NCBI RefSeq assembly: GCF_006345805.1 | Contig: NW_021834835.1 | Span: 1 to 44,463 of the forward strand | Direction: 5' to 3' | Source: Octopus sinensis | Lineage: Eukaryota | Length of the DNA stretch: 44,463 nucleotides | The notes under the pieces: model-generated | The model's input: the letters and a program-made list of their open reading frames with translations, nothing else | Told to the model about the DNA's origin: nothing | The model's database searches: none | Made by a program: the position numbers and the translations under genes | Shown here: positions 11,600 to 23,565 of the stretch, one piece after another | How positions within the stretch are numbered: position 1 is the stretch's first letter | Layout: every line of letters starts with the position of its first letter

Positions 11600-11646
11600 T
11601 ATATGGAGATCCCCAAAGGTCACGTGGACCTCGGTTGAAAACCAGT
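11600..11646. mobile_element. Possible hAT-type element terminus
   Basis: gttgaaaaccagtg is the reverse complement of cactggttttcaac, similar to CAG(T/G)GGTTTTCAA-type hAT TIR starts; no partner end found. Confidence 0.3.
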
Positions 11647-11705
11647 GATCTAGATGTAACGACCGAAGCAGATTCTGTGGAATTATCTCAGGAGATGTCA
11701 GCCAC

Positions 11706-11935
11706 ATCAGTAGTAGTAGTAGTAGTAGTAGCAACAGTAGTAGTAGTAGTAGTAGTAGTAGCAGCAGTAGTATTAGTATTAGTAGTAGCAGCAGCAGTAG
11801 TAGTAGTAGTAGTAGCAGCAGTTGCAGTAGTAGTAGTAGCAGTAGTAGTAGTAGTAGTAGCAGCAGCAGCAGCAGTAGCAGTATTAGTAGTAGTAGCAGC
11901 ATTTGCAGTAGTAGTAGTAGTAGTAGTAGTAGTAA
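11706..11935. repeat. (GTA)n/(GCA)n trinucleotide array
   Basis: Visible; source of the poly-V/A, poly-L and poly-Y ORFs. Confidence 0.95.
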
Positions 11936-12323
11936 GAAAATATCATTACGGATGTTATCTGCCTTTGAAACGTGTGATAACGCGGCAAGCGCGATATTCG
12001 TACAAACAAAATCCGCGAAAAGGGCGAACCAACCGCGTGGAGGCAATTATAAGAATCGACAGCGATGCAGAGGGGCGTAATCATTCATAATGCGATAGAA
12101 CGGTGATGGAATGCTCCTGTGAAGACTTCAATAAAATGCGAGCGAAGGAATCAGACATAATGATATAGCAGAGAGAAAAGAAGCTATGCATCTCGTAGCT
12201 GAAATCACTTGCTCAGCAGATGTTGACATAATCTTAAAGATTAGCGACAAAAAAAAAAAACATCTACAACTGATGACAAAGCTGAAGTTACACCCTTTGG
12301 ACTATAGCTTTTGGCTTCTATCT

Positions 12324-12880
12324 ATTGAGTTGTCCGGAAAGTTCGTGCCGATTTAAGTAGCTTACCCTTTCGACTTACTTTAGAACATGGTTGAGTCCAT
12401 AACATTGGATTTGACTACACTTCCATTTAGAACACAGTTTAAGCTATCTTTTCGTGGAAGAAGGTTTATGTTCCTATAACCTGTGTTAATTCTGTAACCC
12501 TTTAAAATGGAAGATAAGAAAGTTTATTTCCGGCATTTGATGCTTTGGGAACCAGACAAAAATTGCTGCAGCTCGGTCGGGATGTGTTACCCCACCCTCC
12601 ATATTCACCAGATATTTCTCCTTCGGATTTCCACTTCGTTAGGTCTCTGCAGAATAGTCTTAATGGTAAAAATTTCAATTCCTCGGATGACGTAAAAAGA
12701 TATCTTGATGAATTCTTTGCCATGAAACCACCTGAATTCTGGGAAGAGGATATTTTCAAGTTAAAGGAAAGATGGAGACGCATTGTGCAACAAAATGGTT
12801 CATATTTGGTTGATTAAAAATGTAATGGCAAGTGTTTATTGACCTTTTTCTTTCCTTTAAAAATCGGCACAGTACTTATC
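12324..12880 (+). mobile_element. Internally deleted mariner element
   Basis: TA + TIR ttgagttgtccggaaagttcgtgccgattt; N-terminus MEDKKVYFRHLMLW fused to C-terminal ...HPPYSPDISPSDFHF...WRRIVQQNGSYL*; partial right TIR aaatcggcac. Confidence 0.92.
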
Positions 12881-12965
12881 ATTTAAAAGCCTTGTACTTA
12901 TTCTATCAGTCGCTTATGTCGAACTGCTAAGTTACGGGAACGTAAACAAGCCAACACCGGTTGTG
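12880..12965 (-). mobile_element. SINE family A fragment
   Basis: gtacttattctatc...gaactgctaagttacgggaacgtaaacaagccaacaccggttg. Confidence 0.7.
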
Positions 12966-13009
12966 AACCTCGTGCCAAAATTTGAAACCAATATTTTTGC
13001 GCCAAGATT

Positions 13010-13220
13010 AAGGCGGCGAGCTGGCAGAATGGTTAGCACGCCGGACAAAATGATTTGCGGCATCTCGTCCGTCTTTAAGTTCTGAGTTTAAATATCGCTG
13101 TGGTCGATTTCGTCTTTCAGAGTTGATAAAAAAAAAGTACCAGTTGAATACTGGGGTGGATGTAATCACCCACCCTCCCCAGAAATTGCTGGCCTTGTGC
13201 CAAAATTTGAAACCAGCATA
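13010..13220 (+). mobile_element. SINE family B, tRNA-derived
   Basis: ggcggcgagctggcagaatggttagcacgccgg...gttctgagtt...taccagttgaatactgggg...tgtgccaaaatttgaaacca. Confidence 0.8.
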
Positions 13221-13281
13221 TTCCACCGGGTGTTATTTAAAATTAATACACAATATTTCATAATAAATAGGTTCAAAAGGT

Positions 13282-13614
13282 AAAGACCCGCTTCGGTCAT
13301 GAATGACCATGGGATTGCAACTAGAAAGTTCCCCTTCCGAGGCACAAGTCCGGGCAAGGTTGTTTATGGAAGACCAGCAGTCGCCCATGCATACCAGCTT
13401 CCCCTTCTCCATGCCACCGATGTTATCCTAGGGAAAGGCAAAGGGGCCGATACAGCCTGGCACCCATGATGTCGCAATACATTTCTACAGCTGAGTGAAC
13501 TGGAGCAACATGAAATAAAGTGTCATGCTCAAGAACACAACACACAGCCCGGTTCAGGAATCGAACTCGCTACCTCATGATTGTGAGGCCGATGTTCTAA
13601 CCACTGAGCCATGC
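13282..13614 (-). mobile_element. SINE family C, full length
   Basis: Head gcatggctcagtggttagaac...gagttcgattcc; body tgtgttcttgagcatgacactttatttc...; homologous to 15603-15917 and 44168-44408. Confidence 0.88.
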
Positions 13615-13719
13615 TTTAATGAATAATTTTGTTTTAATTTGAGCCAGGCACTAAATATGGATTCGCCATAGACACCTCTGAATTCCGTTCACTTTCTTTG
13701 GTGTTTACGATACTCGAAC

Positions 13720-14090
13720 ACAGTGTTCTGACACAGCTGAGCTTCTGACCTCAGTAAAAGCAGCAATAATATATACTTTTTAGATGAGGTCAGTACATCT
13801 TTGATTTTTCACGAATCGCCAACAAAAGAAATTACAGGCCAATAGATCTGGTATAGCTGCAGATCAACAACTCGTCCGACTTTCTGGCAGCTTTCCATTC
13901 AACCAATTGCAAACTGCGACTGTTTAGTTGGCAGTGCACCATCTTGTATGAAGATCAATTCTTATCCAAGACCAGGCGCTGTTCAGCGTTCGGTCAAAAT
14001 TGCTCTTTCAGCATGTCATGGTATCACTGTGAAACGAGAGTTTGGTCAAAGAATTACACTCTCCATCCAGGCAAACGAAGTGCGATCAAT
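13720..14090 (-). mobile_element. Decayed Tc1/mariner-superfamily transposase (QDGA...SPDL.PCDFFLWG type)
   Basis: Minus-strand frames give YHDMLKEQF, ELIFIQDGALP and (frameshift) WLNGKLP...IPDLLACNFFCWRFVKNQ. Confidence 0.6.
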
Positions 14091-14097
14091 ACATAAA

Positions 14098-14251
14098 GGC
14101 GTAGCTGAGTGGTAAAAGGCTTGCTTGACAACCACTTGTTCCGGGTTCAGTCCCACTGCGAGGCACCTTGGGCAAGTGTCTTCTACTGTAATCTCAGGCC
14201 GGCCAAAGCCTTGCGAGTGGAAACTGAAAGAAGCCCATCGTATATGTATAT

Positions 14252-14287
<36 letters not shown>

Positions 14288-14510
14288 GTGTGTGCCTCTA
14301 TGCATGTCTACCTTTGTGTTTGTGCTTGCCCCCCGCTTAACAGCCGATGTTAGTGTGTTTTCGTCTCCGTAACTTAGCGGTTCGATAAAGTGATCGATAG
14401 AATAAGTATCAGGTTTTAGAAAAAAGGTACTGGGGTCGATTCATTCTTCAAGGCGGTGCCTCAGCATGGCCACAGCCTAATGACTGACACAAGTAAAAGA
14501 TAAATGATAA
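14098..14510 (+). mobile_element. SINE family A, full length, internal (TG)n
   Basis: ggcgtagctgagtggtaa...gggttcagtcccactgcg...gaaactgaaagaagccc...(TG)n...aacttagcggttcg...aagtaaaaga. Confidence 0.9.
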
Positions 14511-14539
14511 ACAAGGCCTGAAATTTTAGTAAGAAATGG

Positions 14540-15380
14540 CTATTATATCGATCCCAGTACTTTATTCTATCGATTCCGAAAGGATGAAAGGCAGATAACG
14601 CAAATCCGGAAGAAAGGCCGCTAATCATTTTGTCCGGCGTGCTACCGATTCTGCCAAGTCACCGCCTTAATCCTTGTGGAATAATGTTGGTTTAAAATTT
14701 TGGAAACAGGGCCAGCAATATAAGGGGAGGGAGTAAGTCGGTTACTTCGACCCCAGGAATTAACTGCTTCTTATTTTGTCGACTCCGAACGGATGAAGGC
14801 AAAGAATGCAAATCCGGAAGAAATGCCGATAATCGTTTTGTCCAGAGCGCTGACGAGTCTCTCACCTCGCCGCTTTCGTGGAGCTCATAATAATTCTTTC
14901 AACTGTCAGCAGGACTGAAATTCTGTGACAGGGATGGTCAGTACTTATTTTATCGATCCCAAAGGTAAAGTAGGTGGAGGCACATGGCCTAGTGGTTAGA
15001 CCAGCGGACTCGCGGTCGTGGGACCGCGGGTTCGAATCTCAGACCGGGCGATGTGTGTGTTTATGAGCGAAACATCTAAGCTCCACGCGGCTCCGGCAGA
15101 AGGTAATGGCGAACTTCTGCTGACTCTTTCGCCACAACTTTCTCTCACTCTTTCCTCCTGCATCTTGCAGCTCACCTGCAACGGACTAGTGCCCCGTTCA
15201 GGTGAGGAACCTATACGCCAAGGAAACCGAGAAACTGGTCCTTATGAGCCAGGCATGGCTCGAAATAGGAACAAACAACAAAGGTAAAGTAGACCTCGGC
15301 AGAATTTGAACTCAGAACGTATTAACACAATAAATATCACTAAACATTTTTGTCCGGTATGCTAACGGTTCTGCCAGCGG
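14540..15380 (-). mobile_element. Three successive SINE family B copies; the third is interrupted by a family D SINE
   Basis: Repeated tacttattttatcga.ccc.aa(c/a)ggatgaa...aaatccggaag...ccggcgtgcta...ctgcc at ~14540, ~14760 and ~14940+15293. Confidence 0.75.
14974..15279 (+). mobile_element. SINE family D, full length, 13-bp target-site duplication
   Basis: A box tggcctagtggttag, B box gggttcgaatc, tail aacaaacaac; TSD aaaggtaaagtag at 14961-14973 and 15280-15292. Confidence 0.92.
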
Positions 15381-15602
15381 GACATTTTCGTTGGACTGTC
15401 AAAAAAAACACAAGAACATTTATTACTGCGGGTTTACTGCAAATTCAAAGATGCTTTATAGGGAAGGAATTAATGGTTTTGTTATGAATTGCGGTCCTTA
15501 ATAAATGTTATAAATGTGGTCGAAGCAAGTTGCTTGATGTTTAGAATATAAGATTTTAACTTTTATTCTGTAGAATTTTGGTTCGCAAAGTATATTGATA
15601 TA

Positions 15603-15917
15603 GGACACCCTTCGGTCAAGCATGACTATGGGATTACACCTAGAAAGTTCCCCTCCGAGGCACAAGTCCGAGCACGGTTGCTTATAGAAGACCAGCAATC
15701 GCCCATGAATACCAATCTCCCTTCTTTGCACTACTGATGATAGTCAAGGGAAAGGCAAAGGGACCGAAACAGCTTGGCACCAATGACGTCGCAACTCATT
15801 TCTGGAGCAATGCGAAATAAAGTGTCTTGCTCAAGAACACGACACACAGCCCGGTTTGGGAATGGAACTCACTACCTCATGATTGCGAGCCAGATGCTCT
15901 AACGGCTGAGCCATGCG
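15603..15917 (-). mobile_element. SINE family C
   Basis: Homologous to 13282-13614. Confidence 0.85.
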
Positions 15918-16369
15918 ACTTACATATTGATACAAGGGTAGAAATAACAGTACTAGGGTAAGAACACTGGAAGTAGAAAAGGAGAAAGAAGGTGACATAG
16001 AAGGACATGAAGAAGAGAAAGGAAAGATAAAAGAAATGTAAAAACCAGGGAAACGAGAATGATAATGGGAGATAGAAAACAATATAAAACGTAAAAGATA
16101 ACGGTGAATACAATGGCGTAATATAGAAAGTATAAATATATATGCGGAAGGGAAGAGTGTAGAGAAAAAACAAAAACGAGGAAGAGTGTGAGGTGTTTGA
16201 AGATGTAAATAACAGAGCGAACTGAGCGAGAATGGAATGGAATGGGTGGAATATAGGTATGAAAGCTTACGAAAGGCTTCAAGAAGGAAATGAGGAAAGA
16301 GGAAGTTACGAAATATAGAAGAAAGAAAATGAGTAATAACGAGGAGAGAGAGAGAGAGAGAGAGGCATA

Positions 16370-16401
<32 letters not shown>

Positions 16402-16403
16402 AC

Positions 16404-16461
<58 letters not shown>

Positions 16462-16517
16462 ATATATATTATATATATATATATATGTATTATGTATGTA
16501 TGTATTTATGAATGCAT

Positions 16518-16668
16518 GTGGAGGTGTGGTAAGTAGCTTGCTTACCAACCACATCGTTATGGGTCAGTCCCATTGTGTGGAACCTTGGACAAGTGTCTTT
16601 TACTATAGCCTCGGGCCGACCAAAACTTTGTGAGTGGATTTGGTAGACGGAAACTGAAAGAAGCCCGT

Positions 16669-16711
<43 letters not shown>

Positions 16712-16926
16712 GCGTGTGTGTGTGTTTGGGTGCCTGTTTGTCCCCCAAGATCGCTTGACAACCAATGGTGGCGTGTTTATGTCCCCGTAACTTAGCGGTT
16801 TGGCAAAATAGATAGAATAAGTATTAGCCTTACATAGAATAAGTTCTGGGATCGATTTACTCGACTAAAGGCGGTGTTCCAGCATGGCCGCAGTCAAACG
16901 ACTGAAACAAATTAAAGAATAAAAGA

Positions 16927-16928
<2 letters not shown>
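16518..16928 (+). mobile_element. SINE family A, near full length, internal (TA)n(TG)n
   Basis: Same head, body and tail as 14098-14510. Confidence 0.9.
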
Positions 16929-16965
<37 letters not shown>

Positions 16966-17289
16966 ACAATCACAAATAAAGATTAATTCCGTAAACAGGA
17001 GAAAATTTAAAAAACATTTACCCTGTAATTTCTTGTACGATGCACCGTTTCATCTGCTGTTTAATGGTAAACTAACCTGATTAAATTAAATCAAGCCAAT
17101 CTTCCATAGGCCCTCAGATTCTTCAGCAAGAAATAGCCAAGTCGGAACAGATATTTTCACGAGGCATTTCCGACCCTGCCAAGGTAATATCTGACCTAAA
17201 ATTTTCAAATCGTCGCACTCGCGCCAAATTTATCGGCAGCAAATAAATATAAGCCGTCGATTCCATTACGGAATTAACCAGAAAAATTC

Positions 17290-17479
17290 ATAATTAATCA
17301 ATATAGGGTGGCAAAAAAAAATTTTGTAGAATTCTTTTTGCCACCAGCGGCCTAGTGGGAAAAAAAATTGTTGATGTTGAACTTAAAAATGGTCTATGAC
17401 TATTTTTTCCCACTAGGCCGCTGGTGGCAAAAAGAATTCTACAAAATTTTTTTTTTGCCCCCTATATGATTAATTAATT

Positions 17480-17480
<1 letters not shown>
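17290..17480. repeat. Near-perfect hairpin, ~56-bp core arms and ~35-nt loop
   Basis: ggcaaaaaaaaattttgtagaattctttttgccaccagcggcctagtgggaaaaaa (from 17310) and its reverse complement at 17403-17459. Confidence 0.92.
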
Positions 17481-17535
<55 letters not shown>

Positions 17536-17543
17536 TATATATA

Positions 17544-17595
<52 letters not shown>

Positions 17596-17924
17596 TTATA
17601 TGTATGTATGTATGTATATAATATGAACAATACACAGAAAATAATTCACTGGTGTTTAAGTAAAAGTGGAATGGTATACAAGATTCCTTGGCAACACCAA
17701 AATCGTATTTATTTCCAAATTATCGAAAAATGAGTCTCAGTTCTGTGAAATCCCTTTGAAAAGCATTTTAGCTAATGGAGAATTTTTTAGCACAAAAATG
17801 TAGGACAGGCAAAAGAACTGTAACTGTTCACAGGATATTTATAGTATTTCAACGAACTTGCAATGATTGAAGAAAAGAGATTCCACTTATAAATCTAAAT
17901 ATATTCAGCCTGGATGCAGAATAA

Positions 17925-19135
17925 ATTTACACAAAATATACTAGTTTTGGTGACGGCATGAGTTTATTTCCAGAATTCAACAAGTTCAACAAAAAAAGAT
18001 TTTTCGCTTGTACACGGGCAGCACAATCCAGATCTTCGAGATTATGGTTAGAAGAATTCCACCACTAACCACTGTTGATAGTACCTTCATATTTCAATCT
18101 CCTGGCTTACGGTGACAGAGTGGTGGGGGTTTCGTTTCATTGATTGCCTAAATGAATATGTGTGTTGTGTCTACCTGTTCTTTAAAGTACGTCCTGTTGA
18201 GTTTGTTGACTGTGATCTACCAACTTCTCTTTAGCAATATATTTCAGCTCCTGGACGATGTATTTGCTGTCGTGTGGCCATGAGCGTGTATATTGGCACA
18301 ATTGCATTGATTATATGACGTAAAGCTTTTCTTGTAATTTCTTCTACCGATGCCAGAAATCAGATTCTTGGTGTCGTTAATACAGAAGTATCCAACTTTC
18401 AGGTGTTCAGTGTTTTTGTTGAAGAATTTGCTGTACTTGTGACAAAGTGGAGAAAAGATGTAAGGGAGATTAAACCAGATTGCGTTACGTATGCATGGTT
18501 TTTTAAAAAAATTAATTTGGACTTTCGGAGTATCTCGTTATTGAATGTATTGCATTCCCTCGTGACTATCATTTTTCTTTAAGGCGATGCTGCAGTATGG
18601 GGACGCACGGTCAAAAACATCTTCATCTGTCAAAATATTACAAATGCGATGGAGAATTCTAGTCAATGAATTCTCAAAGGCTACAGTAGGGTGCCTGGAG
18701 GATTTATTACTATTTGATAACCTTCCGTTTGACTCCATATAAAAGCAAAGATTATCTGTATTTGAGTAACATAACATCTGATAAATTAATTATATTCAAA
18801 TTGGTAACAATTGTTATTCTAGAATTAAACTCCTTTTATCTATTCAAGAGGTCTTTACGAAGTCTTGTCAAGCAGATGGCCGTTCATATGGCGGGAAATT
18901 ATCGGACATTATCTCTATAAAGGCTAAAATCTGAAGTGAAATTTTCTCTGGAGGGAATTTAATACGTTATCCCACTGGCCAATAAACCTCAATATTATCA
19001 CAAATGCTTACAGCCATTTCAAACAGCTTTCCGCCATTACGTTTAACCTAAGAAGACTCTTAAAATACTAAAGGCTTCATTGCGTGCATGATAACACTAG
19101 CTTTAAAATCACTAATGGGAATAAATTCTTGCCAA
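17925..19135 (-). mobile_element. Penelope-like element remnant, RT C-terminal half plus GIY-YIG endonuclease, multiple stops and frameshifts
   Basis: Minus-strand motifs VKRNGGKLFEMAVSICDNIEV, FSLYRDN (YRDD site), KEFNSRITIVTNLNIINLSDV, NKSSRHP...VFDRASPY, RNAIWFNLPY...HKYSKFFNKN, CNC, GRTLKNR*TQHTYSFR, SCRHQN. Confidence 0.85.
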
Positions 19136-19647
19136 ATTCTAAAGCATTAAGTGGATTAGAAATGAATGGGTAAAACACGACAGTCAAAAACTGTGCAAAT
19201 TTTAAATATTTAATGTTTATTTGGTCAAGCAATTACAGTGGAGCGATTTTTTCCCCCAGAAAGGTGAATTTGTGACTTTACGGCAATCTCGTCGACATAT
19301 ATTTACCGGCAACACATAATTCATGCGATGCAGGTTTATGAGGCTACGCTGGAGGACAGCGAGAAAAAAAAAAAGATCCTTTGGGAGTCTTTAAATGTGA
19401 TTTGTGTTTTTATGTGGAGTTAAACACTGAGTTCTATCATCTCGTGGCTAATATTATAGGTTCTTTATTAATTTTACATTTGATTGTGTGTGTATATATA
19501 TAGTATCGGTGTGTTGGTAGTAGTCGGTTCCCAAAATACATTGGTGGAGCAGAATAACTGTGGTATGTATTTAGAGGTCGACAGGCAGGAAGAAAACTTG
19601 AGAAGAAAAAAAACTAGTCAATAGACTATTTACTATTCATATAAAAA

Positions 19648-20074
19648 TACAGTGTACATTAAAAAATTTTCTTAATTTTTTTTTTTTGCTACCCTGGAAT
19701 TTGTTAATTATGATATAATGATTTTGGGCTAATTTTGGAAGAAAATCGGCATTCCTTGTATTTGCTGCCGATAAAAAACTGCGCTTGCGCGGTGGATTTT
19801 GAGAAATTATAACATATAAACACGAGACATGTTCTGTATCGCCTCATCTTTATATGTTAATCTTGGTTTTCCTACTGACGAGAGCTTCGACAAGTAAATT
19901 ATTTTATTTGCTGAAGATAGCTTTAAACCATGGTATAGGAAATAGAGGGTAAATGTTTTCAGTTTTCATTCCCTTTCGAAGTTACCCCTAATAGTGGTTT
20001 GGAGTTTAACTACTCCTTCTAGCGGATCGGATGTCTGTTATGGCCATCTCTTATGTGTTTAAATGTACACTGTA
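19648..20074. mobile_element. Candidate MITE or pLTR-derived segment bounded by 13-bp inverted termini (tacagtgtacatt)
   Basis: 19648-19660 and 20062-20074 are exact reverse complements including TA; interior is homologous to 17200-17330. Confidence 0.35.
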
Positions 20075-20080
20075 TATATA

Positions 20081-20119
<39 letters not shown>

Positions 20120-20125
20120 TATATA

Positions 20126-20188
<63 letters not shown>

Positions 20189-20191
<3 letters not shown>

Positions 20192-20500
20192 GGGTTGGAC
20201 AAAATAATGGAAACACCTTAAAATTTCAAATTTATTTTGATACGGGGTAGGACCGCCTTTGGCAGTAATTACAGCTTGAATTCTACAAGGTATGGACTCG
20301 TACAAAGTTTGAATTGTTTCCAAAGGTATTTTTGTCCATTCTTCAGCTAAAACAATCTCCAGTTCTTGTAGTGATGATGGAGGAGGATATCAACTCCTTA
20401 CTTGTTTTTCTAAAATGCACCATAAATATTCAAAAATATTGAGATCTCAGGACTGTGGTGGCCAGATAAGCTGTTAAACTTCACTAGAATGTTCCTCCAT
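20189..20500 (-). mobile_element. Tc1-like (DD34E) transposon 3' end with TIR, in a (TA)n tract
   Basis: TA + CAGGGGTTGGACAAAATAATGGAAACACC; minus strand QLIWPPQS*DLNIFEYLW...IPLETIQTLYESIPCRIQAVITAKGGPTPY. Confidence 0.88.
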
Positions 20501-20501
20501 G

Positions 20502-21059
20502 TTTACTCTTTTACTCTTGTTTCAGTCATTTGACTGCGGCCATGATGGAGCACGGCCATTAGTCGAGCAAATCGACCCCAGGACTTATTCTTTGTAAGCC
20601 TAGTACTTATTCTATCGGTCTCTTAGTTACATGGTAGTCAAGCGATGTTGGGGGGGGGGACAAACACAGACACACACACACACATAGACATATATACATA
20701 TATATACATATACATATATACGACGGGCTTCTTTTCAGTTTCTGTCTACCAAATTCACTCACAAGGCTTTGGTCGGCCCGAGGCTATAGTAGAAGACACT
20801 TGCCCAAGGCGCCACGCAGTGGGACTGAACCCGGGACCATGTGGTTGGTAAGCAAGCTACTTACCACACAGCCACTCCTGCGCCTATATATATATATATA
20901 TACGACGAGCTTCTTTCAGTTTCCTTTTACTAATTCCACTCACAAGACATTGGTCGGCCTGTAGCTATAGTAGATAACACATGCCCAAGCTGCCACGCAG
21001 TAGGACTGAACGCGAACCATGTGGTTGAAAGGCAAACCTCTCACCATTCAGCCACGCCT
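20502..21059 (-). mobile_element. SINE family A full copy (20502-20884) plus a second 5' half (20902-21059)
   Basis: Family A head ggcgcaggagtggctgtgtggtaag and tail present. Confidence 0.9.
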
Positions 21060-21834
21060 TTCTTAGATTTCTGCCTTACAATTAAGGCAGGGCTTAATCC
21101 TTATGCTAAGAGGAGTCATGCAGTTTTTCTTTGAGTATTGAGTATAACATCGTTGAACGGAGAGTATATACACCAAAAGAAGAATCAACTTTATCTCCAA
21201 GAAGCACACAGACCCTATTGAAGCCGAATTTCCATAAATTTTTACAGGAAATCAATTAAGAGGAATCTAGAAGACGAACTGACACAAGAACTGTTTCTAT
21301 GCAATTCGCTGAGTTGATGAAGCTAAAACGGTTTACGTCGATAATGCGAGATAGATGCAGCAAAACATGGCTCTGAGAGGAAAGCCGAAGCTCATAGAAT
21401 ATTTTGTGATTCGAACAACAAAGGTCTCATATGGAAGAAATTAACGAACTACTGGCAGAGAACACGCGCACACACACGCACGCACGCATGCGCGCATACG
21501 CACATATATCTAAATACATACACTCACACATGCGCATACACATATACACTCAGACACCCCACACACGCACACATACACGCACCTACAAGCACATACATAC
21601 ATGCACACACACACAAACACATCCAAACACACACAAAGACGTCCAAGCACACACACAAACACACACACACGCGCATACATTAACAACTAGACACATACAC
21701 ACACACACATACACACATAAATATGCACACTCATACATATACACAGACATATAAATACACGCTCACAAACACATACTCTCTCTCTCACACACACAAAGAA
21801 CATGCACACACACACACACACATACACACAGACA

Positions 21835-22125
21835 CCACATCCACTCACACACATACATACACATCCACTCACACACATACATACACATCCACTCACACAC
21901 ATACATACACATCCACTCACACACACACATCCACTCACACAAACACATACACACATACATACACATACAGTCACACACATACATACACATACAGTCACAC
22001 ACATACATACACATCCACTCACACACATACATACACATCCACTCACACACATACATACACATCCACTCACACACATACATACACATCCACTCACACACAT
22101 ACATACACATCCACTCACACACACA
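21835..22125. repeat. 24-bp minisatellite (acacatccactcacacacatacat) within a CA-rich block
   Basis: About 11 units visible. Confidence 0.85.
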
Positions 22126-22399
22126 ATAACACACAAACAAAAATAATGCTTTTCATAGAAACTGAGAATAACAGAATATGCTCCAACCAAATTGAGGAAA
22201 CATAAAAAGAATCCATGGCAATCGAAAGCATAAAATGTGACCCTCACCTGCGAAATTTGATCAAGTTTTTTTCTCTTTATTCTTTGTTTTTAAGGCATTT
22301 GCCACTCTTATCTTGAAAAGGGAGAACTTTGATCTGAACTTTACCCTGGTTGCACATCTATGACACGTGGCATATATATTAATTATGTATGTGGTTACT

Positions 22400-22990
22400 G
22401 TTGGGTTGTCCGTAAAGTTCATGCCGATTTTTAAAGGAAAGAAAATGGTCAATAAATACTTGCCATTACGTTTTAAATCAACCAAATATGAACCATTTTG
22501 TTGCACAATGCGTCTCCATCTTTCCTTTAACTTGAAAATACCCTCTTCCCAGAAATGAGATGGTTTCATGGCAAAGAATTCATCTAGGTATCTTTACGTC
22601 ATCCAAGAAATTGAAATTTTTACCATTAAAACTATTCTGCAGAGACCTGAATAAGTGGAAATCCGAAGGAGCAACATCTGGTGAATATGGAGGGTGGGGT
22701 AACATCCCAGCCGAGCAGCAGCAATTTTTGTCTCGTTCCCATGGAAACGTGCGATCTTGCATTATCATGTTGGAAAACAACACCCTTTCTGTTGGCCAAT
22801 TCTGGATGTTTCTCTTGAATTGCTGCTTTTAACTCGTCCAGTTGTGTGTAGTATTTCTCAGAATTAATTGTCTGGTTACTTGTGAGAAGCTCATAGTACA
22901 GAATTCCTTTCCAATCCCACCAGACACAAAGCAAATCTTTTTTAGGGTTAAGACCCACTTTTGGGGTGGCTAGGGGTGGCTCATGTCACT
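22400..22990 (-). mobile_element. Mariner (DD34D) transposase 3' half with TIR; pseudogene with one frameshift
   Basis: CVWWDWKGILYYELL...VVFQHDNARSH...(fs)PHPPYSPDVAPSDFHLFRSLQNS; TIR ttgggttgtccgtaaagttcatgccgattt; same family as 12324-12880; resembles mellifera-type mariners. Confidence 0.92.
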
Positions 22991-22994
22991 TTTT

Positions 22995-23565
22995 AAAACC
23001 AAGCAAGACCACTTTGGATAATTATGAAAGCATTCTTGAACGTTATAATTCGGTCAGAACTTGAAAGAAGGCATAATGTTGCTTGGCCGTAAGGGATAAA
23101 GTATTGCAGATACTCTTTACTTGTTAGCAAAGTCATGGAACAGTTTATCAAAGACAAACTGATTAAGCCAGAAATGGCAAATGAATTCCTAATTGACACG
23201 CAGCATGATGTCCGTCCGTGCTGTGGGAGAAGCTGCCGAATAACCGTGTGCACAGCAAGACGCCTGGATACCGAAGAAGCTGCTCCGCAAATCAAACATA
23301 CTTTTGGTGTATCCACAATTTGCTAAAGCTTTCGTCAAGCGACGTGATATCGAAGTAATTGGAAGCTCGGGGAATGTTGTATGATATTTTAAGCAGCGTA
23401 ATTAAAGTCGTTGCATCTTCTGCCACTTTAATAGAAGTTAACTATTCACAGTGTAGTGCTTCGAGTTATAGTCTTGGGCATATTATTGTGTATAACAGAT
23501 TTTATGTCATACGCTACGTTGGTAGAGTGGCTTCCATTATTAACTATATTAATGATATCAACAAC
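22995..23565 (+). mobile_element. CR1/L2-type LINE RT remnant
   Basis: SKVMEQFIKDKL...DTQHDVRPCCGRSC, VYPQFAKAFVK (LDFAKAFDKV-like), KLEARG, IINYINDI. Confidence 0.7.

Noticed and set aside
11476-12090. 204-aa ORF with a long hydrophobic poly-Val/Ala stretch
   Set aside because: Generated by the (GTA/GCA)n array; the flanks have no protein character
21150-21460. Possible LINE RT remnant (KRNLEDELTQE...)
   Set aside because: Too degraded to assign without a profile search
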